Assembly: GCF_009914755.1 (NCBI RefSeq)
Contig: NC_060941.1
Reading direction: 5' to 3' (one strand)
Source of the DNA: the human T2T-CHM13v2.0 reference genome, Homo sapiens
DNA: 64,000 nucleotides
Shown: one piece after another, positions 43,309 through 57,536 of the stretch
Layout of the letters: each line of letters opens with the position of its first letter
How positions within the stretch are numbered: the stretch's first letter is position 1
Made by a program: the position numbers and the translations under genes
Notes under the pieces: model-generated
The model's database searches: none
The model's input: only the letters and a program-made list of their open reading frames with translations
What the model was told of the DNA's origin: nothing

Positions 43309-44829
43309 CAATATCTTCATTTTAGAGATGAGTAAACTGAGGCAAAGGGAGGTGATGTGGCTTGCTCAAGATCACACAGAAAGTGCCAGTAGTTGGCTCT
43401 GCAGCTCACACCCTTACCCGGCTCTGAAGCAGCTCCCTGAGCCCTGTGGGGTGGAAGCAGGTGGCAGTTTTCCAAACGTAAGATGGGTGCGCTGAGCCCT
43501 TTCCCTCTCCTTCTGGGACAGCTACCTGCAGCCTTGCTGTCAGGGCCGGGATGCAGAGGGGGGCAGCAGGAGCGTGTGACAGGGACACTTACTTCTTCCA
43601 GAAATGGGGCTGATGGCACCTCATGGAAAAGACCAGGCGGGGCCTGTAGCAGGAGGCACTTGGGTTGCTGGAGGAAGGGAGGGAAGGGATGGAACCTGGA
43701 GTGAGAGGAGAGAGGGGCGGAGTCCTGGGCAGGTGACAGCTTGTGCATAGCTTGGAGGCTGTGCTGAAGACGTGAGGTTTGTCTTAGGAGCAATGGAAAG
43801 TTGGAAGGATTTAAGCAGAGCTAGGTCAGATCCTAAAGACTGGACCCAAGGGGAAAAGTAGTTAGCACAGGGCCCTCGGCTGCTGGAAAGCAAACAGGGC
43901 TGTCTTTGAGCCCTGGCCTGGTTTGCCCTGGCCTGGTTTCCTGCACCCCATCCAACCTAATAGAGGTGGGGGGTCTTGGGGGAGGACTGAGGTGGACGGG
44001 TCTTACCCAGTGCTTTGAGGACCCTCCCTAAGGTGACTCAGAACATCTGTGCAGCAGCCTAAGGCCCAGCAAAGGAAGGGACTGCTGAGGCTTCCTGCCT
44101 TGCTCCTTCCCTCGGGGTCCTGCACGCAGCTCTCCGGAATCCCACCCATCTCGGGAATACATCGAGCTATGGAAGATAACCCTGTAATGTGCAACTAATG
44201 TTCTGTGGACAGTTACACAGTGGTGCCACCGCAGACTCAGCAACAGAGGATGGAAGGCCACCCCTCCCGCAGACAGGGCCTGCCCTGCCGCCCAGCTGCT
44301 CTATGTTGGGGCCTCCCAGGAAATGAGAAAGGAGCCCAGGCACCAGCCCTGCGGCATCCTGGAGGAGCCCGTCCTGGCCTGAACACAAAGACAGAGGCCA
44401 GAAAACCCTATGGTGCTCAGAGGGGGACCCTCGGAGGCCACAAACCCAGCTAGATGGCTGTAGCAGCTGGTGCACCTGTGTTAAAACCTGACTCTGCCCC
44501 CCACTCCTAACAGCTTCCACTTGCCGAGCGCTTTGCCGACTTCACCCAGTTAAACCTTTGGAACGGCCCTGTGGGGAAGGTGTTTTCCCCACTCTGTGAT
44601 TGAGGAAACAGAAGCCTACCACGGTGGTCACACATCAGGACTGGGAATTCAAACTCTGCTCTGATTAATTCAAGGCTCTCAGCTCCTTGGCCAGGACAGA
44701 AGGCAAGCCACTCATGCTCTCTGAGCTCCCGTTACTCATTTGTAAAAGACCGATGACAGCTCCCGCTTTCCAGAGTTTGCGAGGAGTCCGTGCTGGCAGA
44801 AGGCCTGGCACAGGGCTGCAACGTGGCTG

Positions 44830-45233
44830 CATTTGATTGGGGTTCTCCAGGGAAACAGAGCCAACGGGATGTGCATATCTAGGTCTAGAGAGATATTTAG
44901 TTCAAGGGATTGGCTCACTCGATTGATGAGGGCAGCAAATCCAAAATCTGCAGGGTGGGCTGGCAGGATGGAAAAGGGAGGAAGAGATGCAGTTGAGTCC
45001 GAAGGCCGTTGCTGGCAGAACTCCCTCTTTCTCGGGGGACGTCAGGCTTTGTTCTGTGCAGACCTTCCACTGATTGGGTGAGGCCCACCACACCATGGAG
45101 GCCCATCTGCTTTGCTCAGAGTCCATCACTGTCAACGTCATCTCATCCAAAAAACACCTGCACAGCAACATCCAGGGTAATGTTTGGCCAACTATTTGGG
45201 CACAGCCGAGTTGACAGCAAATTAGCCATCACA
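44830..45233 (-). mobile_element. MLT2 ERVL LTR
   Basis: gggttctccagggaaacaga...ctgattgggtgaggcccacc...aattagccatcaca. Confidence 0.85.
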
Positions 45234-46059
45234 ACAGTGAACACACACCCGTGGCGGCCGTTCTGAGCAGAGATGCTGCCGCTGCCAAAGGCACCCACAG
45301 CTGGTGTTTGTGTGTTCATGGTTCATCCCTAGGGATGTGGGAACTCACGAGTGAAAATGTGGCATGCACACAGCTCTAAAGGGGACCCGTGGCACTGGAT
45401 ACCCCCAGGAGGTGAGCCAAGCTATGCCCAGATCCTGGGGCCAGAAGGACCACTTCACTGACCCAGTGTTGGGGGTGGGGACTGTAGAAGGAGGTGACCA
45501 GAACTGGGTTTAAATCCTGGCTCTTGGCTATGACCGTGGAGAGAACAGGGAACCTCCCTGAGACTCAGTCTGGCCTCCATGAAATGAGTATAGTGACTGC
45601 AGCTGCACGGGGCCCCTGAAAGGAGGCAATACGTCAGCGGATGTAAAGCACCTAGGCTGGACCCAGCCCTTGCACAGACGCCTTCCCTTCCCAATCTTAC
45701 CGAAGAGAGGAGCACGTCCAAAGCAGAGGAGAAACTTAATTAGGATTGGAAAAATGTGAATTCCAAGGCTTATTAAATTCATGATATTTTTACTTACCAT
45801 GTACCCAGAAATATATTTAGCAAAGCAATTTACACCATCACTGGCTGATGGATTGTGGTTTTCTAAGTTGGGTTTTAAGATGTAAATGGGCTCCAATCAG
45901 AGCACTGCTGGGAGGGAGAAAACCTTCCTCTCCACCGCCCTGGTCCTTGGGCTCCAGCCTCACCTGTGCAGCCTCCCAGGACGGACAGATGGCCCTGCGC
46001 TCCCACTCTCCACGGAGGCTCTGCTGGGGTGGGGCAGGGAGTAGAGACAATAGAATATC

Positions 46060-46470
46060 AATGATAACGACCATTTATCCAGCACTCATTATGTGCCAGA
46101 TGCGGGAGCTTTACCTCTGCTACTCACTTGACTCTCGCAGCACCCTTGTAAGATAAAGGGCCCTCGGGCACCTTACCAGCTGTGTGATCTTAGGCAAACC
46201 ACTTGGCGCTCGCTCACTCGCTCTGTGTGTGTGTGTGTGTGTGTCTGTCTCTTGCTTGCTCGCTCTTTCTCCCTACCTCAGTTTTCCTCATCTGCAAAGT
46301 GGAAATACTAATAACCTTCTATTGGAGAAGCCCAGTGGCTGGAAGTTAGTAAACACTCAGATTTAGAAATGGGTGAAAGGGAAAATTTCCTGCCCAAGGT
46401 CAACCAGCTAGTAAGTAGTGGAGTCAGGATTCCAAAGCAGGTGTCGGCGCTAAAGCTCTTGACTGTGAGT
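46060..46470. mobile_element. MIR fragments with a (TG)n insert
   Basis: agctgtgtgatcttaggcaa..cctcagttttcctcatctgcaaa; cccaaggtcaaccagctagtaagt. Confidence 0.65.
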
Positions 46471-48659
46471 GGGGATAGACAGGCACACAGACACGCAGAC
46501 GGGGCCTCTCTCATGTCCACGTGTAAGCATGGGAGGCGGGTCAGTGAGGTGTGGCTAGACCTACCCCAGCAACCCACACACACTCCCAGGAAGCCCAGGC
46601 AGGGATCGCGCTTCTGGGACCCGCTGACACTTTCCAGATGAGGCAAGGTTTGCTCCACAAGGTCCCGGCTTCGCCAGGGCAGGCCAGCTACAAGAAGACG
46701 CCCAGCCCAGCGCCTTCCTTCTTGTCCGTCACTGTCCTCCCTCTGGAGTGCCCTTGCCTGAATCAAGGGCTTGCTGGAGCAGGACAAGCAGCTGGCCTTG
46801 AAATTTTATTTACTGAAATAATTTGCTTATAAGCCAGAGTTTTAATGCAAAGCCAAACATCGTCCTCGCTCCAATGAAATCATCACAATTTCCAAATTAA
46901 TGGAGTTGACTGTACATGGAACACCTGACTGGGGAAGGCTGGTGAGCTCAGGGTCAGTAACCATTTCCCAGGAGGGAAGTGAAATGGGAATGCTGCTGTT
47001 GGGGCTGGGATATCTGGGTGGGAGGGACACTGGCTGTGGGGCCCCAAGCCCGCTGGCAGGAGTTGGGACCAGCCCTAGAGAATCCTCTGAGCGCTCCCCT
47101 TCCAGCGCCGCGGGTGAACAGGCTGAGCTTCCATGCTGCTGGGATTGTGCATGGAATGCAACCACCCCTCCCTTCGCTTGCTTCCAGGACTATGGAAACC
47201 TTACTTGTGCTTTGAGATGACACTTCCATCAGGAAGCCCTCCCAGATTTTCCCAGTTGAATTGCTCCCTCTACATGTGGACACTTCTGTAGCTCCTTAAG
47301 CCTGAAAACTGGAAGCTCCTAGAGGCCAGAGACCTTTGTCTTCTGCTATCTCAGACCTTCCCCGTATTCCCACCCAGTGCTCAGCATGTTTATAATATGT
47401 GGTGGCTTCTCCAGAAATGTTTGTTGATTTGAACTGAGACATATTCTGGTTGGGTATTTTTTCAATTATTTTAAGAAAAAATATATATATAAACAATCTA
47501 AGTAGAATTAGAAAATACGTAGGCAGCAAGAATGCTCGTTAGGGGGTGCAGCATGGAGGGCAGAGAGCCCCTGGCCGGGCCTCCTCCTGACCTCCCCACC
47601 TGCCCCCTGGGCACCTCCTATAGCCTGGTCACCACCACACATGCTTCAGAATTAGCCACCAGCAGGATGGCGAGGCCCCAGGAACCATCCCTTGAAGGAG
47701 GTCAACCTGCTGCTCTGGAAGGTTCTCAGAGACCCCAGAAGAGGCTGCCCAAGGCCTGGGAAGGACCCCAAATTACACAGATCTAATGTTAGTGGCCTAA
47801 GCAGGGTATGAAGATATGGACTGTATTCTGGCATCTCTTAATATTAATAGTTGCCAGCAGGGGCCCTGGGACCAGGGGAGCAACAGGGGTGGGAGGTGGG
47901 AGCGCACCCCACCCCACCCCACATCTGACTCATTGAGATGCTGCACAGTGGCCAAGGGACAACGTTCTGACCTTATTCCCCCAACAGGTGGGCCCAGTGC
48001 CAACCACAAGGGACTTGGGTGGACAAGTGCCCAACTCTCTTCGCTGGCCCCTCCGAGACCACCTTCTTCCAACACTCCTGGCAGGAAGTGGTGGACTCAC
48101 TTTAGAACCCGGAGGACTCAGAGGTGCCCTAGGAATCTGACTTGCAAATCAACTGTGGAGTGTTTACCAGGCCACGCCCTGCCATCAGGACTGCATTCTC
48201 AACAGTGAAATTGGGCCATTACCCTCCCTTGATCTTGTGCTATTTGTCTGTAATGGGTGTGGGGCTCCTCCTCCCAGCAGCTGGGTCTCTCCCCTGCAGC
48301 TGGCCACAGGAGTGGCAGAGACCCTGGTGGAGTGACTGCAGCTTTGCAGGGGGCTAACTTTACTCCAGCCCCTGGGTACTGAGCTCTGGGCTTCCAGATG
48401 CCCCCAAAGATGAGCAGAGGCTATGGACACACATCAGACATCACCCAAGATGTGCACCCTCTCATTTCTGGGGGGTTGCAGGAACAGGAACCCCAAACAA
48501 TGTGACTTGCCTTTGCCTCACCCCATCCCAGGGTCAGCTGTCTTAGTGTCATTATTCCCTTCCAGAAAAGACATGAATATTCCTCTTAGCCTCTGCAGGC
48601 ACTAAATAATAATAATAATAGTAATAATAATAATGATAACACAAAATAAAGAGCATTTA

Positions 48660-48826
48660 GGCTGGGTGTGGTGGCTCATGCCTGTAATCCCAGCACTTTG
48701 GAAGGCTGAGGTGGGGGTACCGCTTGAGCCCAGGAGGTTGAGGCTGCAATGGGAGATGACTGAACCACTAAACTCCAGCCTGGGCAGCAAAGCGAGACCC
48801 TGTCTCTCACACACACACACAAAAAA
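48660..48826 (+). mobile_element. Alu monomer (AluJ/FRAM-like), preceded by (TAA)n
   Basis: Left-arm head joined to right-arm end; TSD-like ..cattta. Confidence 0.85.
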
Positions 48827-49626
48827 CATTTAATATGGTTTTTATTTTCAAGCTATAAAGTTAATACATAGTGATTGTAGAATACCTGAAGCATGCGGAG
48901 TAGTATAAGGAACAATACTAAAATCGGCTTATCCACTGCTAGAGGTAAATGCTGTTAACGTTTTGGTGTATTCTCCTTGAGACTTTTCGTGTGCGCGTGT
49001 GTGTGTGCGTGTGTGTACGCGCATGAACATCTATGTGTCTACATTATAAAGCACAGTTAGGATTATACTATATGCACTTTTGAGTCCTTCTCTTTTTAAT
49101 TAACATGATATTATGAGCCTTTTCTCACCCAACAGAACAGCCTGTAAGGGCCCCCTTGCCTTTTCCACTTGTGTTTTAGCCCTTCAGAGGGCAAGGTTCC
49201 GGCTGTCCACACCCCTGGCCAGGAGAAGGCCAACCCAGGAAGGAAAGAAAGACAACGGCATGCATTAACCCGGAGTCAACCGTTTATAAAGTCAAACATT
49301 TAAAAGGCAAAGAGATTCACAGTTAATCAAATAGTCGATTTGTCAGAGGGTCGAAGAAGATAATGGCTTCAATTTTAAGTTCCAACAAACGCAGCTACCT
49401 CCTGTGTCCTATTCAGTCATCCCACCTCTCTCAGAACTAGGACATCCTACAGTTTTGGCCATCACGGCCCCCGGCCAGCCTGCTCGCCCCTCCACGACAG
49501 GCCCTTTCACCCTCCACCCTGTTGATTCCTTCATCAGCATTCCCCACCGCACTTTCCAGAGCTTATGCCAAGAGAGCTTTCCTTTGGGAGTTTGGTGAAA
49601 TGGGGACATGAAGCCTGCCTGGGGAG

Positions 49627-49628
<2 letters not shown>

Positions 49629-49688
<60 letters not shown>
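49629..49688. repeat. (GT)30 microsatellite
   Basis: Direct reading. Confidence 0.97.
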
Positions 49689-49690
<2 letters not shown>

Positions 49691-49831
49691 GGTATAGGTG
49701 GGCAGGGCTAAGAAACCAATGTAAAAGGAACAGCCCAAGGTCAAGGGCTGGGGGCCAGCAGGAAGCTTCCGTGGCACAGTCATGAATTCTAAATAAATGA
49801 AGCCCTCTAAGCATTTTTGTTCTTCTTTTCA

Positions 49832-50060
49832 TCAGTTCTCAACCAGGGGTGACATTGTCCCCCAGACGACATTTGGCAATGTCTGGAGACATTTTTGGTT
49901 GTCACAACTGGGGGGTGGATGCTACTGGCATCTGGTGGGTACAGGCCAGGGATGCTGCTCTGGGATGCAGCATCCTACCGTTCACAGGTTGCCCCCTGCC
50001 CCCACCACAGAGAATGGGTGGGCCCCAGGTGTCAGGAGTGCTGAGAATGAGGGACCCAGC
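49832..50060 (+). mobile_element. MER20 hAT-Charlie MITE
   Basis: ttctcaaccagggg..gacatttggcaatgtctggagacatttttggttgtcacaactggg. Confidence 0.9.
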
Positions 50061-51238
50061 ATTCTCTTCTCTTCTTTGGTCTTTCTTGCCTGCTTGTAAC
50101 ACGCACTTAGACCCTTCCAGATCCACAGATGCAGACTGTCATGAATCCCAAAGACTAGTATGGGGTGACTCAGACTACCCCACTGGGGTCAAGAAAAATA
50201 AGTGGATGGAACCCGGGAGGGATGAGAACACAGGGTGTGGGTGCAGCTGTGAAAATTTCGTGCTCATGATTTCACACACTCTCTTAATGTTCTTAAGAGC
50301 CTTTGGGGAGTAACCTTGGGACCCGCAAACACTTTGCCCCCTTCTCAGGTTCGGCAAGGCAGGGTTTGCCTGTAAAGTAGTAGGACAGTGTCTGGGGAGC
50401 AAGCTGCACTTTGACAATTGTGTGAGCTGAAAAGAGGAGGAGACAGAGACATCCTGGGGACAGAGGTGGCAGGGTACCGTCTTTGAACGTTAAGGAGGTG
50501 TTTTCTCTTTGGAGCTCTGTCCACCACCCCAGACTCTTGAGACAAGTCATAGTTACAAAATGGCCACTTAGCATTTGTGGCCATCTCTTGGATGGATGTT
50601 GGGTTGACTTGAGGGTGTTCTGAGATGCTGTCCTGGTGGATCCACAGGTATGAAGCCCACCTCTCTGCATGGAGTACCACGGCCACCCATTGTCAATTGT
50701 CCAAGGTGGCAGTGTGACCTCAGACTGGACGTTGGAATACAGAGATGAGCCTCTGGCCTTCACCTCTTGGACCTTCCCTGGTTTGGACTCCTGATGGCAG
50801 GTTTGGACTCCTGATGGCAGATGCCAAGGTGATGTCACTACCTGGATCATGCTGGGAGGAAGATGGAAGAGGGCCCAAGAGCTTCAGAGAGCAAACCGTC
50901 GCCTGCAAGCTGGGTCACCTGGCTCCGGCAGCCATTTTTCTTTCCTTTGGGTTCCCCTGACACTGAGTACTGTTTTGACAAAATGTTCAGCAACCAAGTG
51001 TCCATGCATGACCTAGAGGGTTCAGGAGGGACAGCCAGCCTGAAGACTTTACCAATAGACCCAGCATGGAAGGAGGCTCTCAGAGGCTGGAGGGGAAGGA
51101 AGCCTGACTTCTCTCTGGACACACCATGCCTCCTCTATTGCCAGAGCATGAAGGGAAATGGTGGATCCTCTCCTAGTAATACTTGAAGTCTTTGTTATTT
51201 GGGATCATTTGATTTTTGACTCTTAAAAATAGTCCATA

Positions 51239-51612
<374 letters not shown>

Positions 51613-52001
51613 CTAAAAAATCAAGAGAAAGAGACTGGAGGAGAAACCTCACCTCCTTTGTGGCTTTTCAGAAATGGCCTTTGGAAGCAGCAGCAACTCT
51701 GAGAATGAACTTGCTGGCCCCACCCAGCGATGGAGAGAACATCCCTTTCAGAGCAGAGATGCAGGATGGAATAGGTGAAGAGAGAAATACAGATTCCCTG
51801 AATATCCGTGTCCTCCCTCTTTTTTCAAGGACTCCAGTATCTCCTGGAAGCTCCTAGAAAAAGTCTGGCATTCATGTGAACTTAATCAGCAGAGACTCAT
51901 TTACATAATAAGCATTCTGTGAACACTTACCATATACAAAGCACTGTGTCCCACAGCTAGCATAAGGCCTGGCATACAGTAAGTATTTAATATTTGTTTA
52001 G

Positions 52002-52303
<302 letters not shown>

Positions 52304-52949
52304 TAAGGGTGACTGAGAGACTATCCCTGCAGCCAAGGATTTTATAAGCCAGACGTGCCGGGGAGTAATTCAAGGTGGAATGAAATAAGTACATTTCCTG
52401 GTGTTTCTTTGGTCTCAGCTGCTCATCTGAAAGTGAAGCAGAGCTCCCTGGGGACCAGAGAGTATAGAAAATTTCTTTCTTGAGTGGACCCTAAGAATGA
52501 ATGGGGAGATTTCCCCAGAATAAACCAGCTCACCCTTCCTTTTCCCCTTCCGCGGAGCTGAGTCTAGGGAGCAACAGCAGCGCCATCTTTCTTTTTCGGA
52601 GGCAGAAGCTGTGCACTCTTATCAGCAGTGGGACAGACTTGGGCTTTGGACCCAACAGATCTGGAGACCACCCACTAGATGAGGGAAGCTTGGGTACTGA
52701 GCCTTGGTTCCCTCTTCTGTAAAGGGAGCTAATTTTGTCTTCCTGCAGGGGGTGGATGTGAGAATTGTGAACGCAAAGTGGTGGGCACACTGCAATGGGT
52801 GTTCAGCCATCTGAGTCTTTGTCCTGTGACGAGTGTGCACATAATAGCATCGCGCGTGTTAAAGCTCTCTGAGCACAGGGCCTTTGTATCACTGATTTCC
52901 CCGCATCGCCTTAGTGTACAGTGCAACGTTCGCCCATGGTAGGTGCTAA

Positions 52950-53405
<456 letters not shown>

Positions 53406-53879
53406 ATAAATGTCTTTCAATGGGATATTTAAAAACATATGCATGTTGTTATGATATATATCTTCAAAAACAAAAATCGGGACATGTCTGACTAGGACAA
53501 GGACACCCAAGGCAGGCACAGATGAAGCACTTTAAGTAAGGCCAGTCCTCAGACGTCTGGCTCCAAGATGAACACTGACAAGGCCGTGCGTCTGGCTCGC
53601 CCCTCACTCCCAGCAGCCCTATTTTTCAGGGGGAGAAGGATGAGGTCCAGAGAGAAATTAAGATGACTTGAGCCAGGTCACAAGAAATATGATATTCCAA
53701 GAATTACTACTTCCCAGCTTCATCCTTCAATATCTCTCTTTCTCTTCATTTTGAAAAGCATAAGTTTAGGTAGGAGAAAATCTACCTAAGAGGCAAGAAA
53801 ATTTCCCATGATGTTCAGCTTGTTCAGGTGACACACCAGGAGATGGGGTGAGGGCAGAGGGGTGATTTTGTCTCCAAAG

Positions 53880-54218
53880 CAGGGGTCAGCAAATGTTTTC
53901 TGTAAAGGACCAGATGGTAAATTGTACAGGCTCTGCAGGCCCACCATCTTTGTCACAGCTTCTCAGCTGTGCTGTGGTAATGCCAAAGCAGCCCTCAACA
54001 ATATGTACATGAATGAGCGTGGCTGTGTTCCAATAAAACTTTATTTATGGACACTGAAATATGAATTTGATATCATTTTCACATGTCATAGAATAATACT
54101 CTTTTGATGGCTTTTCAACCATTTGAAAAAGTAAAAAAAAAAATTATTCTTATCACGCAGGCTATAAAAACAAGATGGCGAGCTGGCTTTGGCTGGTGGG
54201 CTGTGTTTGCTGACTCTG
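53880..54218 (+). mobile_element. MER58B-like hAT MITE
   Basis: TIRs caggggtcagcaaa / tttgctgactctg; ggctgtgttccaataaaactttattta. Confidence 0.88.
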
Positions 54219-54538
54219 GCTCCAAGCACCTGTGAGATGGTCACTGGATGGCATGCATCCACTTACTCCACATTCTCATCTTCCTCTTGGAAAAACCTTC
54301 TGGCCATGGGGAGATGCCTGTTCCCTCAGACAAAAGGCTTAGAGGTACAAACAAGGCACTGCTTTCTCTACGAGGCTTCTAGATCGCCTGCCACCCGAGA
54401 ATGTGAATACTCACATTTTTAGCTTCTAATGGGGGTGGACAGCCAGAAATCAAACTAGAAATGTGTGTTCTAAGCCATCTAACCCCCAGATTCCAGCATT
54501 TGGCTCCTCCAGCTTGAGCTAAGAAGTTGCATGAAAGC

Positions 54539-54846
54539 AGCCAGGCATGGTGGCTCACGCCTGTAATCCCAGCACTTTGGGAGGCTGAGGCGGGTGGATC
54601 ACCTGAGCTCAGGAGTTCGAGACCAGCCTGGTCAACATGGCAAAACCCCATCTCTACTAAAAATACAAAAATTAGCCAGGTGTGGTGATGGTCACCTGTA
54701 ATCCCAGCTACTCAGGAGACTGAGGCAGAGGAATCACTTGAACCTGGGAGGCGAAAGTTGCAGTGAGCTGAGATCATGCCACTGAACTCCAGCCTGGGTG
54801 ATAGAGTAAGACTCTGTCTCAAAAAACAAAACAAAACAAAAAAAAG
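54539..54846 (+). mobile_element. AluS
   Basis: Full dimer with (CAAAA)n tail. Confidence 0.95.
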
Positions 54847-56534
54847 AAGTGAGAAAACAAATAATCCATGCCTCGACTCTCTTTGCAGAGAGTCCAGGAC
54901 ACTGGATGTTGGAGGCCTCACTGCTAGACATAGTCACAGAGTGCCTGGTGCACTGCTTAGAATTTGTCCTTTGTAAATTTAACTTGAGGAAGCACAGAAA
55001 GTTTGCCCTTCATATTGTGGCATAAATAATCGAGGAGCAGGTACCCCAGGAATGAAGACAGAGGAAGTTCTCAGTCCATAGTGGAGTGCACAAGAATGAT
55101 AGGGAAGCCCAAGGTTTGTAAAAACCATAAATATCTCAACGGTATGCAAGGGCAGCCTGGAGAGCATCATTATCTGCTCCCCTGACTGTTTTAATATGCT
55201 GGGTAGAGAAGCCTGATAAATCACCGGAGGCTGCAGGGCTTGGAGAAGATTTGGCTGGAGCTAAAAGAAGGCAGCCCATGGGGAGGACAACTTTAGAATA
55301 ACCTGAAAATACACAGACACATGCCTGCAGACAGACACTTTCATTCATTCATCCAATATTTATTTCCTGCTTATGTTGTTCCAAGCACTGGACTAGATGC
55401 AGAGAGAATCAAGTTGAAGAAGACTCAGCTCCTGCCCACACGGAGCCTGGGAGCAGGGGAAGGCTGGAAGATACCGATTGGAAAGGTATCTCAGGAGCAT
55501 GAATTATTGCCAGGGCACGGGTGATCCAGGGGTGCACCCCGCAGAGCACCTGCCCCCTTGTGGAAGCCCAGCTACCTGCAGCCTGAGCGCTGAGAACCTG
55601 ACCAGCACCTGCAGAGACTGCAGAATGATCCTCAGTGGGTCCTCCTGAGTCGTCCTGCCTCCACCTCAAGCCCCTAGCAGAGAGGATCCCGGCCAGCCCT
55701 GAGCCAGTACAATGAAGGAGACAGCTGAACTTAATCTACCGAGGCTCTACTCCTCTTCCTGCTTGGAAAATCTCCATCCAGCCCGCTCAGCAGAGGGAAC
55801 TGCCCCAGGAAGAGAAGAGCGGTGGGCCGAGGGGCCGGGTGGAGAGAGTACAGAGGGAGGAAGCTAAGTAAACACCCAGCCTCTGTGCTCCCCCGTGCTG
55901 CCTCCGCCTGGTCAGCACCCTGTCGCTGGCATTGATGGTTTCATTTTTCTGGAGAGAAAAAGAACAAACGCGGAAGATAATTGTAGTGGAACGGCCGATA
56001 AGTAACGTTTGGTCTCCTTTTTACAACCATTCCCTAGGGCCATATTATGATAATTTTTCTTCTATAACTGGCAAATTGTATAACGAGTCAGATGATAAAC
56101 CAGCAAGCAAGGCAGAAATTTGCATTTTAATACAACTGCTGGTATCACTCCCCCCACCCCCCATCCCGGGGAGATCAGGGCCTCTCTGATCCTAGGTCAC
56201 CTGGCACCCTGCCCTCCTGTTCCCTTCTCTGAGTGAGTGAGTCTGGAGCACTCAATAAATGTAGCATTTTCAATGAAAGCATAATATCTGTTTTCTCCAG
56301 ATATTATGTAGCATAGAGATTACGATTCAGGGCCCTGGAATCTGCCAGCTGAGCCCTACCCCAGCTCCGACACTGACTGAATGGCTATTCTTAGTCAGGA
56401 TCCTGAACTATGCCTCAGTTTCCTTTTCTGCAAAACGAGCATCATTCTACTCTCTACACTAGGGGTTTTTCTGTGGATGCCTGGTGTGCAGCAAATGCTC
56501 AATAAATATTATTAGTAATCGTGTCATGATGGTC

Positions 56535-57536
56535 TGTGTGGAAAAAACTTAAGCTGCTTTTCCTCTCTCCTCCTATCACAATCAACACAGAAGATTTCTG
56601 TGCCCAGACATGTGGGCTTTTTCCCCACATGCCAAGCAAGTCATCAATTCCGCAGGGAACATCAGCTAGGTATCCTCCCACCCCAATTCAATCCCAACAC
56701 CATCTACCTGGAAATAGCATCAGATCACAGGTTGGGGGCTCGGTCCCACAAGAGTGACCCCCACATTTCCAGTGCCCATCACAAGCCCCAGTTTGTTTCA
56801 CCTGGGCTTCTGACCTGCTGGCTGTAAACTTGGCTTCCCACAATCCTCTTCTAGGGTTCGATTAATCTGCTAGAGCAGCTCACAGAACTCAGGGAAACAC
56901 CACATTCACCGCTATATTCTAAAGGATAGATGAAGGATAGAGATGAAGAGATGCACAGGTGAAGGTATGGGGGAAGGAGTGTGGAGTTTCCATACCTTCC
57001 TTGGGTAGACACCCTCCTGAAACCTCCATATGCTCAGCTATCCAGAAGCTCCCCAAACTCTGTCCTCTTTGGCCCTCTATGGAGACTTCACTGGATAGGC
57101 ATGATTGACAACCATATAGACAACCATATGTGACTAAACAAAAAGGGTTTGATCTTAATACTAACAGACTGAGGGGGAAAACCCAGCCAGGCCTGTCTGT
57201 TCAGATTCTTCTTGGCCTCTCTGTGCAGCCTTCCTTCCTCCAGGGTATAGGGCAGGACCTCTTCTGAAATGGGGGCCCCTATTGACTTATAATCAGACAA
57301 GGAAGGTCAGAGAATTTCTTTATGGCTGGCCCCAAGACAGAAAGCTGGGGAAGACTGGAGTCCTGCCTTGGCCAGGTAAAAGGAGGGCAGGAGAAGTTCA
57401 GAGAGAGAGATTCTGTTTTTCGAGGCCTGCTTTTGAGGCCTAAAGCCCCCCAACAGTATAATAAGGACCATGGGAGTCATGAGCCAGGAACCATGGACAA
57501 AAACCAACATAGCATAGATGATATTCTAATATCACA
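56535..57536 (-). mobile_element. MER21 (A-like) solo LTR
   Basis: Minus strand begins tgtgatatt; ctagagcagctcacagaactcagggaaac; TSD-like ggt(c/g). Confidence 0.8.

Noticed and set aside
45791-45800. TACTTACC resembling the U1 snRNA 5' end
   Set aside because: No further U1 sequence follows; better read as an antisense splice-donor match.
47852-47868. CTCF-like motif tgccagcaggggccc (weaker ones near 9385, 14515, 52672)
   Set aside because: Imperfect matches; cannot be supported without a PWM scan or ChIP data.
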